A stretch of DNA of 64,000 bases from positions 104,087 through 168,086 of the forward strand of contig CBFFRP010000020.1 in NCBI GenBank assembly GCA_965644295.1. Reading direction: 5' to 3'. Below the pieces are notes generated by a model. It saw only the letters and a list, made by a program, of their open reading frames with translations. It was not told the DNA's origin and did not search any database. The first letter of the stretch is position 1; each line of letters starts with the position of its first letter. The stretch is from Paraphysomonas bandaiensis. Lineage: Eukaryota; Protista; Chrysophyceae. The position numbers and the translations under genes were made by a program. This document shows positions 42,046-53,283 of the stretch, piece after piece.

Positions 42046-42628
42046 CAGATCCTGGGAAACGTTAGTGGCAGGCTTGCGTAATAATTAATTGGTTTTCAAT
42101 TTATTGGCAATTTTGATTATTCGGTTTTGAAAGTGATAATTGCAATTATTATTATTGGTAATTGTTGCTATTTGTTTACTTAAAGACAACCGAAAGCGCA
42201 AAAAAACACGCATCAAACTTCCAACACGATATACGATATTCGATATTCGTACAGCACTACCAACATTTATGAGAGGTTGTTTAGCAGAGCTAAGATTGCT
42301 GTGACTAGATTTTTGCAAGCGAATATAACCTAGACACCTTGAAATGTGAAAATGTTAGTGTTTCTTTGGCTGAGATTATTGTTCAGAAAGTTATTCTAAA
42401 ATCTATCAATAAAATTAAAGCCAATTAATTGGCAATTATTGCCAATTAATTGCATTGCCAATAATTCGATGCTTGATTAATAATTGCAATTATTATTGTT
42501 GGACACTAGTCACCAATTGTTACGCAAGCCTAGTTAATGGCCCATTCACCATTAATGGGTGTCCAGAGCCCCCTGTAACTTTAATGGCAATTAATGAAAT
42601 ATGTACCATTAACAGTTTCCAGGCCCTG
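42046..42628. mobile_element. hAT MITE (same family as 28886-29040) containing a nested element
   Basis: Ends CAGATCCTGGGAAACGTT... and ...CCATTAACAGTTTCCAGGCCCTG; perfect 8-bp TSD CTCTACTA (42038-42045 and 42629-42636). Confidence 0.85.
42069..42532 (+). mobile_element. Internally deleted hAT element nested in the MITE
   Basis: TIR (C/T)AGGCTTGCGTAA(T/C)AATT; 8-bp TSD GTTAGTGG/GTTAATGG; interior matches the 25020-25370 transposase 3' end. Confidence 0.85.
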
Positions 42629-42895
42629 CTCTACTAAAATTGTGTAGTATTTTATATATTAGTACGTATTAGCAAAATTCTATATGGCTCATCAACTGTG
42701 AAACGACATTTCGAATACGAGAGTGTATCAGTGGCTGATATAAGTACCGATATTACTCCATACCCGTATAGCTGAGATGCTCGTTTGCAGAATTCGATGT
42801 CCACAGAAAGATGGACAAATGTGTGCTCTGAATTCATTTTTTGAACGAAAGTCTGCTTAATTTACCACAATACACACACAATGAGCGTCTACACC

Positions 42896-45800
42896 TCAGT
42901 GCCACTCTCCTTTCTTATCTTTATTATGTCGCATTCGAGATTGCTCCACAACAGCCTTTTGTTCCTCGAGTGAAGCCCTTACGACAAATATACAGTTACA
43001 AAATGCAATTAAAAGAAATTCTATTCACAACCTTGACTCCATCAACCTCTCTTCAAGATCCGGGTCAATACAAATATAGCTTGTACGTCTACCCTCTCTA
43101 TATATATTTATCAGCTATCAGCATACCGAGTACACTAGGCAATACTTACTTGTTCTCCTTCTTTTCGCTTGATTTTATGGTTGGTGTTGAGCCCTACGCA
43201 TACGTAAGTGTCACGGCACTAACACAATGTAGCACACGTAATATAGACCTTCATGACAACTTTAGGAGATCGCCGTGGTGTGACTGAGGGCGATGTCTTC
43301 GACGGAGACATTTTGGGGGAACGGTATTTAGGGGAGCCCATCGAGGAGTACCTTGAAGGCATGGTTCGAGATGCTCTAACCTTGGGTGATGCACTTGATG
43401 GCAAAGAACCACTACTCACAGAGGACGAAGGGGAGCTTGTGTGTGATGACTTCTTCGTCGGTGTCTTTATTGGCGATTTATGGGGTGACGAAATATCATA
43501 TTGCTTCCTGACATACTGTTCCTGTTGATCTCTCTTTTCCATTTGTTTGTTCAGTCTTACAACGGGCGCAGCCTTAGTGGGTGACAAATGCAGCGCTCCT
43601 ATGGCAAAGTTACATGAGTGATTACCGTACCTATGCACCTACATACCTAGGGCGGCCTGAACAGAGGCTGGAGTGTTGCCCAGTATCATATCGACGTCCA
43701 TATGTAAACTACGAATAACATATATAGATGAGCGCGCATCTGCTGGGCGTAATCCGTAAAACTCTCCCTCTTCTTCCCTACATACAGATTCTTCTGATCT
43801 CTGTCGTCCAATGTCCACTATCTCGGGATACTTCCAGGTACAATATACTTTAGACCACTTGTACAGCCTGATATACAACTCCAACTGTTCACGCGATACC
43901 GCAACAGCAGCTAGTTTAGCACGTAGAGCCTTCATTGAAGCTTTGTCGCCCTTATTCGCACATATTTCATGGCATATACTAAGTACCTCGTCGGTTAGGC
44001 GTCCCATACCCTCATCATTCTGGACTGGAGCAAGCTGTTCCTCAAATTCAAGCATCTTAAGCAAACTCCTAGCAGATCGTAATTCCATCTCGCCGAATCC
44101 AGGAAAATGTTCTTGAAGACTACTGATTTCAACCATCGACTCTTCAATACCACTCTTATCAATTGTCTCAATAGCGCGTCGGAGTTTGTTCCTTGCACGT
44201 AAACGAGGCGACGCATTTTCATATATTCGCTGTACCTTAGCTACGAAATCAGCGTCAACTTCAAGCTCTTTAGCAAGTTTCAAGGCTTCAGGTACTAGTT
44301 CGCATATGTCCCCGTTCTCGTGTTTTAAGAAGTCCATTAGAGTTCTCATTACAGACCGCTTCTTATTCAGGAAATCCAACTTAATCCTTGCCTTACCAAC
44401 AGATGGGTGGGTCGACATATCCAGCTTAATGCTCTTAGCAAGGAGGTGGTTGAGTGCCTCCACATTTTCAGTGGCTATTGCATTGTCCATGTCTTTGACA
44501 CACTTATCTTGAAGTCTAATAAGCTTAACCATAGCTTTGGCTATATCTATTTCCCTTTTAAATACAGAAGAGATTACCTCACCTTCATACTCCTTTGATA
44601 TACTTTGCAGAATAACCTGGGTAATACAAAAATTAAAATGACTACACAGAATCGAGAACTTTACCTCAATCCCCTCTACATTTCTAGCATCTAATTCTCT
44701 CCTAAGGTTGACCAGATTTCCCATTGTCAACATTGATTTCCGAACAAGAAAACCACGAATTATCTTTTGAATAGTTTCGGCAGCTACGTTAACTTTTTCT
44801 TGTCGGATAGCTTCCTTTTTAGCCTCCATTAACCGCGCGTGTTTCTTCTCATAAAGTTTAAGACGGATAAGCGAGCTCCGGGCAAATGCTTGAATTCGAA
44901 TTGCAAACACTTCAACACGCTTAATTCTTTGGCGCTCCAGCTGCAACCGGTCTTGGTTGGCTTTTATAAATACTTTGGTCCGTCCCACACACCAGACTCT
45001 GCGATCAAGAATCCCATTTTTACTGGCATCGTCGAGTATAATTTGTGCTGCATCAGCCTCAGAAACTGTGTTGGATTGCAGACGCAATGAAAGTCCATCT
45101 ACTAATGTAACGAATTGCCTTGCAAACGCACCATGGGTAACACGATAAGCGAACCCACTCTGTCGAATACGAATAGCCTCAAACAACCCTGCATACCTCA
45201 GTTGACGCAAAGCCAGTTGACCGTCGAATATTCCTGGTTTTTTCTGATGATTCGGCTTTACACATCGTACAAAATGCGGCTCTGTTTCTCCGAGACTTGA
45301 AACCAGCCCAACAACTTGGTTTCTGAACTGACCAGCCAAAGTGCTTTTAACCGTGCTTCTGCGCTTGGAACCCGACCCACCATCAGGCTCCCCGGCAAAT
45401 AAGTCTGCTACTAGTGAGAGGGATGACAGCGCTGCTACCTCATGCAATGTGATGCTAAGTGTGTCCCTGTTTTTTTCAAGGAAATTTGTCACAACGTACT
45501 CTACAGGCCCTGCAAAGTGATGCACTGTGAAGGCTTCTGGTCGGGTCCTGTGTTTGGTAAAAAATCGATTTTCGCACTTCTTGTCTTTACCAAACACCTG
45601 TTCAATTTTACTCGCGTAAGTAAGGTCCGTAGCTTTACCCAGAGAGCACTCTTCATCCAACAAACTCAGCAGCCCCATCGGCTTGTTCTCAATTAGAGCC
45701 ACACATTGCCCATTGTCCACAAATGATATCTCTTCCGAAGGAACACCTTCTTCAGAATACATTTTCATTTCTTCATTGAATATGACCTGTACAGAACATA

Positions 45801-47371
45801 TAATTGAAAATTAGTACAACGATCTGCCCTATACCTCATTAAAATGAAATTGAAGCTTTTCATTGGCATAGTTGATACATAATTGTTCAAATGAATTCAC
45901 TTCGAAGACTTCAAAGCCAAAAATGTCGAGTATACCTATAGTAAATGGAGCAGACTGGGTTTTTAAAGTGTCATTTACTTTCCTGTCACATATATTAGAA
46001 AAAAGTGTGAGATTTGTAGTATTGCAACATACAATATAATCCAATCGAACATATTGCTGTATAGTGCTTTGGCCAAGGTATCCTTGCTGTCTAGAGCTTG
46101 CGAAGGATTTAACTTAATACTCACAACACTCCCTCTCCCAACTTGAACACGCTTCTCCGTTAGTGCATACTTAAAGGAATCGATTTGAAGTCCCAGCATA
46201 TCGCAACTGATTTCCATCGCCTGTTGGGCAGATGAGTTCACTTCAGACGACCCCTCGGCTTTTCCAGCGGAAAAGCTTATGTTGCCTATCCATAGGACGG
46301 CAGCAATAATGAGCAGAATCTGGTTTTGAATATCAGTACTGAACTGTAACGTATCCATGGCTTGCTTTACTTCTGTGAAGTCCGAGGCATCGTCCACCCC
46401 ATCGATGGTGTAACAGCCTGTGGAATTTAAGTACGCATAGTTTTCACAAGGAAGCAGCTGACATCGGGCCTTAAACTCGTCATTAGCACCAGCAAGTAGC
46501 TGATAAAACATGTGATAATTGCGTTCTCCTGTGCTTTGGGAAACAATACGACTCTTCTCCAATAGGTAATTTACTATCTCACATCCTTGAATTCTGAAGT
46601 TATGATCGAAATTCTGATAGTGCCAACGCACAAATTACATAAGCTAATAACATGATCAATATGCTACTTACAACTTTCATCCATTTCCCAAATCTACTGC
46701 TATTATTGTTTCTCAATGTCTTTGCATTTCCAAGAGCTTCAAGTAGAGGGTTGCTTTGCAAAATTTTTTCCTCAATGCCAGGCTCGGAATTTTGTTTACT
46801 CTTAATACCAGGTGCAACATTCGCAAGATAATTTAGAACCTTTTTCGTAGTCTCTGTTTTACCGGCCCCAGATTCTCCACTAATTAGCACAGACTGATTT
46901 TTGAGATTTAGACGGAGTTGTTGGTACGCAGCGGATGCGGTTATAAATATATGTGGATATGAGTTCACGACGTTAGAAGCCTTCCTGATTTCATCTTCAC
47001 CATATATATTTAACCGTTCAAATGGGTTCACTGCAACTAGAATAGCACCAACATGTGTATAGATAACCTTTTTTTGGAATCTCTTTCTTGTGTGGTGCAG
47101 TATGGCACCCTGGAGACACGTTAACGTACATAAGAGTCATGAAGCACAGATACCATACCTCACTAAGCTCATCAAGATCTACTAGGTTATCAATCGTAGC
47201 ATCAATATGACTCCCACAGTGATCGAGTAGCTGAACTTGATTGGAACTCATTTTAATGTTTCCCATTTCAGTGCTGATCTCGGCATCAGAGGGCGTCAGT
47301 TTAATCACTGTCCCGCACAACCAGGCCTGCTCTTCATGAGGAACCCATACCTTGTCACCTATATCCACCAT
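42896..47371 (-). CDS. Myosin heavy chain (SH3-like N-terminus, motor, IQ motifs, helical and Ser/Pro-rich tail)
   Basis: GESGAGKT P-loop, [58 protein letters not shown] and IQKIIRG. Last exon ends at TGA 42896. Confidence 0.95.
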
Positions 47372-47914
47372 CTTAAATACTCACTGTGCTAAATCAAGCA
47401 TCATTGTTTATGTGAGCTCTATCTATGCAGGTGGTAAGATCTCGCTCACACTGTCAACTGTCGCTCGACTGTGGTTACTATACCAGCATAGTACTGCTGT
47501 ATAGTACTGCTGTATAGTACTGCTGTATATTCTACGAGTACTGCTGTACCATGTCTAGTTGTACTGTACGACCAGCTCGAACAAGACATCCTCATACAGC
47601 TGATACCAAAAATACAGTTGAGTACTGAGTACTACAGTCTTTTTGTCAGTGTGTCAACTCCACTATGGGCATATACTGTAGGTATACCGTATACAGAGTA
47701 CAGTAGGCAGCAGGCAGCAGTGTACTATGGTGCGACTGTCGTTCAGTGCTCTCTCTCACTCTAACTAATAGTGCCATTTGCTAGACCTGTTCTTTTACAG
47801 TATCCAGCCCACAGCTAGCAATGCAGTGATCGGTCATCTTGTATATATTTTCACTATTGCTAATGGTGATTGAGACTGGCAGTGCAGCTGTGTAACTCAC
47901 ACTATCTGAATGAG

Positions 47915-49159
47915 ATGAGACAGATCGTCATATATACAGTTGTCGTCGTGTTAACTCTGTGGGCTGCAATTCATTTTACAGTCCTCTCTGGAAATATGTC
48001 TCATAACAGAGCGGTGGGAGGCTCGTCACAAAGGCTGGACAAACTAATGGAGGAGGCAAGCGCAACAATAGCAAAGCTATCGAAAGTGAACTCCTCTTCT
48101 TTGGGTGATGCGGATGTGAGAAGATGGCACCACGATCAAGCGAAGATCAAGCAAGAAGTTCTTAACTTTCAAAACTCTAATGCTGAATTAGAAAAAAAAT
48201 TGCAGCACTGTGAGTTGGAACTGGCGACATCGGGCCGATGCTCTCATGACAGTTCTGGTGGAGGGCAAAACGTGCTTGATAAGTGGCTTGTAATTGGCAT
48301 CCCGACAATAGGGCGGAGAAATAATGAAGACTATCTTCTCACATCTTTACGCGCCATCGCTGCCCAGCTCCCATCCAGCCCGTCTGATTTACTATATGGT
48401 AAGGTACTCGTGGTAGTGGTAAGCATGGCCCCTAGCCCAGACGCGCACAAGAGATATCTTGAAGCGAAGGCCGAATTTACTGCTGCCCATAATCCAAAAC
48501 GCATTTACTTTGAATTTCACGATCATGCTGCAGCTGACGAGAACCCTTACCCAGGAAAGACTGATCGAGGCACACCCAATAAACCTGGATATATGGTACG
48601 CAAGCAAACGAGAGATGTTGTAAAAGTGATGCGAGTATGTGACAAGAAAGCGAGGTACTACTTGTTTATGGAAGATGACATGGTCCTATGTCCCTCGGGC
48701 TTTACGACTATACAATATATGCTCAACAAAGCTTCAGTGTATCATCCCAACTGGTTGGCCATTAGGGCCTCCTACGGCATGAACGGCATATTCATGCATC
48801 AACACGATTTATCTGTGTTTGCGGCCTACCTGACGAAGCATCAAGCTCGACGCCCCCCGGATCATTTGGTGGTTGAGTGGTTTGCCGGTGAGACAGCAGA
48901 GAGTCGAGCACACAAAGGAAATAGAGCAAACATAGGTTTCAGATACAATATATTTGATCACTTGGGATCGGTGTCCACTCTCAGGGCGAGCGCCTCACCG
49001 GGTTACTTACGCTGCTACGATGAGCTCCTCTCGCCTACTGTCTTTGAAGTAGAAGCTTTTAATAAGAAGCAGTGTCCAGCTGACGATATATGGCCCTGTG
49101 ATGTTGACAAAAAACTTAGGTCACCTCGTTTGGATTTTTCGTCACTCAAGAAGCAGTAG
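47915..49159 (+). CDS. MGAT4/GT54-family N-acetylglucosaminyltransferase, type II membrane protein
   Basis: N-terminal TM anchor, coiled stem, LVIGIPTIGRRNNEDYLLTSL, KQTRD, YYLFMEDD, FDHLGSVSTL. Intronless. Confidence 0.82.
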   Translation: MRQIVIYTVVVVLTLWAAIHFTVLSGNMSHNRAVGGSSQRLDKLMEEASATIAKLSKVNSSSLGDADVRRWHHDQAKIKQEVLNFQNSNAELEKKLQHCELELATSGRCSHDSSGGGQNVLDKWLVIGIPTIGRRNNEDYLLTSLRAIAAQLPSSPSDLLYGKVLVVVVSMAPSPDAHKRYLEAKAEFTAAHNPKRIYFEFHDHAAADENPYPGKTDRGTPNKPGYMVRKQTRDVVKVMRVCDKKARYYLFMEDDMVLCPSGFTTIQYMLNKASVYHPNWLAIRASYGMNGIFMHQHDLSVFAAYLTKHQARRPPDHLVVEWFAGETAESRAHKGNRANIGFRYNIFDHLGSVSTLRASASPGYLRCYDELLSPTVFEVEAFNKKQCPADDIWPCDVDKKLRSPRLDFSSLKKQ

Positions 49160-50341
49160 CCCATTACTTCAGTCTTGTCGAGGGTATGTTGAGTAGTTTT
49201 TGTTGTACACTTTCGTCAGTAGCGTAGTAATATGATTTTTTTAAACGAAATTTTCAGTCGTTCTCACTTATTCGTCATAGAATCTTCTGCTCTGAGGAAT
49301 GCTATTCGTTGGGACTGCATACTCTATATCTATATATTTGCTACGGTGATGTATTCTGACGGATTTTAGTGGATATTTGTATAGTTATGATGTGAACACA
49401 GTTTGAATCAGATTTTGAGTACAGTACAATGGTAGATACTTTAACTGCTTTATTGAGACGATAGTTTCACAGATTAACGAAATGACGACTGAAATTTTAC
49501 ATACGTAGTATGGCTCAGGGCTCTGCAAAAATATCTTGATTGGTGAACTGGTCAAAAATTCTATCAATATTGTTTCTGTTAAAGTAGTTCACAATATATA
49601 TTGATATGGAAAGCTTCTTAACTGTAAAGTGCAGAATATAGGTCCATGTATCACGTATTCTCTTTGCCTTCCACTTTCCAGCGTAGTGGGTTTGGTTAGT
49701 TTAGTTACCCTGCTATCTGTTATCATGTACTATGTGATAATGACTATAGTACTAAAAATAGATTCTATGGATGTGTTTACGTGCTTACATTCGGTAATGA
49801 TACTAATATATTGCAATAGTATTGTTGGTCCGGTTTAACACCTTCATCAATATTATTGATGACATGATGCTATAGCATTGCCATATATTGTTCCATATCT
49901 CTGATATTGCTGAGATATTGTAACACCTGCGTTTGTACATATACTTTACACGTCGCTGAAATGCTAAGACACACACAGAGAGAGGGGGGGGGGGTCTTCG
50001 ACCCTAGCCGTGTTAACCGTGACCATAAAAACTATTAATTTACACCAACCCTTACCCCTATGGTATCGCTGTGTATCACGTACAAGTGCTTCCAATATTG
50101 TACATTACATTTTTTTATACACTTTTTTACATAAAAAATGTCGTGTCACCTTTCACAATAAAAAATGCAAAAAAAATGTTATTTTCACAAATTTTGCAAC
50201 AGTATACACTACATTTTTTACAACATTTTTCTTAAAAAAAAACTTTTTTCTAAAAAATAAATATCAGAAATAAATATTTTCAACAAAAATGTCAAAAAAA
50301 ATGCAATCAAAATAAAATAATACTATACATATTAACCCCAG

Positions 50342-50405
50342 CGATCAACCGACCCTATTAACCAAACGATCAACCGACCCTATTAACAAACGATAGACCA
50401 ACCCT
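50342..50405 (+). repeat. Direct repeats of ~25 bp in the presumed terminal region
   Basis: CGATCAACCGACCCTATTAAC(C)AAA twice, plus a degenerate third copy CGATAGACCAACCCT. Confidence 0.85.
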
Positions 50406-50495
50406 GACTTAAACACCGAACAATTACAACAGATAGACGGAACAACAGACCTGTTTAACACTATATATAGACATGCCGTGATTTTACTCCCTGTT

Positions 50496-50548
50496 TTACA
50501 TATGTAAGAATATAAAATAATTAAAAAAAAATATATAGTTATATTATA
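50496..50548 (+). promoter_or_regulatory. Viral promoter cassette, duplicated at 51394-51447
   Basis: Palindrome TTACATATGTAA followed by AATATAAAATAATT..AAAAAAATATATAGT..ATATTATA directly before the ATG at both loci. Confidence 0.75.
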
Positions 50549-50980
50549 ATGTCAAAAGAATTAAAATATTTTAGTTGTTGTGAAAATGTTGATTCCGAGC
50601 GTAACGGTAAGTACTACTACAAACATAAAAAGTACATTCATAATGATCCATTTGACTGTCTAAAACATAAGTTAAATAGGCCAGCTGATGAAGTCAATGA
50701 TATAATAAGCAAACGGTTTGAAAAGGGTTTTTTAAGTAGCAATTTTTTTACTTTTAGACCAGTAAACAATACACCTGAATGTTACGATTGGCATGAAAAA
50801 TTTATTATTAAATCAGGTTTAAGAGAAAACGAATGTGATGATGTTCAAGATGAATTTTATCTTAAAAATAAGTTTTGGGAATCAGTTGTTTATATCATTG
50901 AAAATGACGGCGATAAAGAGAAAATGGAAACGGATAAGTGGGTATATTCAATGAATGCTATTGATAAACTAACGTTTTAA
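50549..50980 (+). CDS. PLV hypothetical protein (143 aa)
   Basis: ORF preceded by the conserved viral promoter motif; AT-rich codon use. Confidence 0.75.
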   Translation: MSKELKYFSCCENVDSERNGKYYYKHKKYIHNDPFDCLKHKLNRPADEVNDIISKRFEKGFLSSNFFTFRPVNNTPECYDWHEKFIIKSGLRENECDDVQDEFYLKNKFWESVVYIIENDGDKEKMETDKWVYSMNAIDKLTF

Positions 50981-51019
50981 AAACATTATAGAATTATTTT
51001 TTTGTAATGATACATTATA

Positions 51020-51349
51020 ATGTCAAAGGCCGAAAGTAATAAATTTTTCTTTATGGAAATGGAAGGTAAAATTTTTAGTGTTAAACGTGATCACAAAACA
51101 AACGTACAGGACGAAATAGAACAAGGCAAAAAGGAAATGAACATTTTAATAGATAAACAGAATAGCATAAAAGAAGAATTATTAAAACTTAACAATAAAA
51201 TAAGTGATAAAAAAATGTCTTTGTTAACAAAGAGGCAGCTATTAGAATTATACCGCGGCAAGAGACGCATACCGTGCTTGAATTTATTCAAAAAAAATGT
51301 TACCGATGTTTATATTGATGATGACACAGACAGCGACGAGGACTGTTAA
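51020..51349 (+). CDS. PLV small coiled-coil protein (paralog of 51448-51732)
   Basis: ATTATA-ATG context; MEGKIFSVKRDH..VQDEI..LLTKRQLLELY. Confidence 0.75.
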   Translation: MSKAESNKFFFMEMEGKIFSVKRDHKTNVQDEIEQGKKEMNILIDKQNSIKEELLKLNNKISDKKMSLLTKRQLLELYRGKRRIPCLNLFKKNVTDVYIDDDTDSDEDC

Positions 51350-51447
51350 CAGCAATGAAACATTGACCATTAAATTATAATTTATTTCAATTATTACATA
51401 TGTAAAAATATAAAATAATTTAAAAAAATATATAGTCATATATTATA

Positions 51448-51732
51448 ATGAGTGAGTATTTATTAAAGTTGAAAGGTGAAGTATACAGTATTAGAAAAAC
51501 GCATATGCCAAAAATTCAGGAAGAGATAAGGAATTTAGACAGAGAAATAGAAGATATGAAAATTACATTATCAGAACTTCAGAAACAAAAGAAAGAGTTA
51601 CAAGTAGAGCTATTAAATGAACGGCAATTAATCATATATGAAAATAAAGACGAAGATAAAAGGACTGAATTATTAAGAAAATATGATTTTCTACACGGTG
51701 AATATCGCAGTGATTCTGTAGGATGGAAATAA
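51448..51732 (+). CDS. PLV small coiled-coil protein (paralog of 51020-51349)
   Basis: Preceded by the promoter cassette; LKGEVYSIRKTH..IQEEI..LLNERQLIIY. Confidence 0.75.
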   Translation: MSEYLLKLKGEVYSIRKTHMPKIQEEIRNLDREIEDMKITLSELQKQKKELQVELLNERQLIIYENKDEDKRTELLRKYDFLHGEYRSDSVGWK

Positions 51733-51774
51733 AATATTATAAAAAAATGCAACTGATAAACTGATAAGGTAAAT

Positions 51775-51817
51775 TAAGGGATAAAAATCCCTAAATTTTC
51801 GGGGAAATTATCCCTTA
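51775..51817 (+). terminator. Intergenic hairpin (putative transcription-end signal)
   Basis: Perfect 10-bp stem TAAGGGATAA / TTATCCCTTA, extended by an inner TCCC/GGGA pairing. Lies between the terminal ORF cluster and the capsid module. Confidence 0.6.
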
Positions 51818-51857
51818 GATGTAAAATATATAAATATATTATGTGATATACTTATAT

Positions 51858-52088
51858 ATGGACGGCCTTGAATGGGAAATAAACTATGATAATTATGAAT
51901 TTCCAAAAAAAAATATTATAGACTTAGACAGAGTGATTAACTTAGACACACCAAAATTAAACAGAAATAATAATATAGATACAGACATGTTGACTTATGA
52001 TTTTGCAGAAATAAAAATATCTAATAATGTTAATGGAGAAAATACAGATTGTTCTAAACAGCAAGACAGCAAACCAATACCTAAATAA
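51858..52088 (+). CDS. PLV small hypothetical protein (76 aa) overlapping the minor capsid start
   Basis: ATG 51858 after TATAT, in frame with the track ORF 51843-52088. Confidence 0.5.
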   Translation: MDGLEWEINYDNYEFPKKNIIDLDRVINLDTPKLNRNNNIDTDMLTYDFAEIKISNNVNGENTDCSKQQDSKPIPK

Positions 52089-52764
52089 TAAAACTACTGA
52101 TTGTATTTTTATATTACCAAAGATAGATGTTAAACGACGTCATAAAGCCTATATATCAGTAATTGATGCCTCTATCCCATATTCATTTTATAATGTTAAT
52201 TCAACCAATAACACACTGAATTATACATTAAATAGTATCCCATATTCACTTACAATTACAAAAGCCAATTATAATATTAGAACTTTAATAAGTTTTTTAC
52301 AGTCCAATTTAGAGCCAGGATTTACAATAACTTATAACTCATCAACTAATAAATTACAATTTACCCATAGTACTTATGATTTTTCTTTTTCAAATACTTC
52401 AACCTGTTTTGAATTATTAGGATTTGAAGATAATACAACCTATTATTCAGATTCATTAATATTATTATCAACAATTGGTATAAATTTATTTACAGTAAGA
52501 AACGTTTTAATAGCATCGTCAAATTTTGTTTTAAATAATATAAATAGTGCCACACCTAATAAAGCCTCTATTATTACCTCTGTACCTGTTGATGTTAACG
52601 CAGGATCTATTATTAATTATAAAAATATTAATAATATTAAGAGCTTAGTACATGATATACATAATATAAATACTCTACATGTCCAATTATTAGACCAAGA
52701 CGCAGATATATTAGAATTAAACGGTTTACATTGGTCTTTAAATTTATTATTAACTATTGAATAA
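52027..52764 (+). CDS. Minor capsid protein (penton, single jelly roll)
   Basis: ISVIDASIPYSFYNVNSTNN, ITKANYN, ITYNSSTNKLQF, ELLGF, SVPVDVNAGSIINY and LHVQLLDQD..LELNGLHWSLNL match the PLV/virophage penton pattern. Start may be ATG 52033. Confidence 0.85.
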   Translation: MLMEKIQIVLNSKTANQYLNNKTTDCIFILPKIDVKRRHKAYISVIDASIPYSFYNVNSTNNTLNYTLNSIPYSLTITKANYNIRTLISFLQSNLEPGFTITYNSSTNKLQFTHSTYDFSFSNTSTCFELLGFEDNTTYYSDSLILLSTIGINLFTVRNVLIASSNFVLNNINSATPNKASIITSVPVDVNAGSIINYKNINNIKSLVHDIHNINTLHVQLLDQDADILELNGLHWSLNLLLTIE

Positions 52765-52794
52765 AAAATATTTCTCTCAATATAGTATATATAC

Positions 52795-53235
52795 ATGTCA
52801 AAACTAGGCAAAAAGCTAAATCGTAAATTTCGTAAACTAGGTCGTAAGGCCGATCACAGAATACATAAACTAGGACAAAAAACACACGACGTATTAGACA
52901 AGGTTCAGAGTGGAGTAAATAAAGGACTTGATAAATCAGCAAAGGCAATTAACGTAGCAGATAAAATATTAGGCGTCGGTGATAAAACTATACACGCTAT
53001 TAATAAAGCAGGATTAAATACAATGCCCGTTGTTGGATCAGCATCTAGACTATTGGAAGCAGGATTACACGAAGGACATAAAGGAGTACATAAGCTACAT
53101 AAGCTACACAATAAAGCCGATAAACACAGTAAACAAGCATTTAAAAAGGCTCATAACGCAGGTAATAAATTAGAAAAACACAACACAAGAAAAGCTTTAG
53201 CTAAGTTAACACAAGATGACAGCACATTTATATAA
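52795..53235 (+). CDS. Highly basic Lys/His-rich protein between the capsid genes (candidate core or membrane-lytic protein)
   Basis: MSKLGKKLNRKFRKLGRKADHRIHKLGQK..., amphipathic helices, position between mCP and MCP. Confidence 0.7.
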   Translation: MSKLGKKLNRKFRKLGRKADHRIHKLGQKTHDVLDKVQSGVNKGLDKSAKAINVADKILGVGDKTIHAINKAGLNTMPVVGSASRLLEAGLHEGHKGVHKLHKLHNKADKHSKQAFKKAHNAGNKLEKHNTRKALAKLTQDDSTFI

Positions 53236-53283
53236 ATTATATTTTATTATACTATAAAAAATATTTATCTATTTATAGTATAT

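Noticed and set aside
50044-50062. Telomere-like AACCCTTACCCCTA near the viral end
   Set aside because: Only two degenerate units; compatible with chance.
50010-50273. 87-aa ORF in the viral terminal region
   Set aside because: Non-ATG start, poly-A/T low complexity and no promoter motif; likely non-coding TIR.
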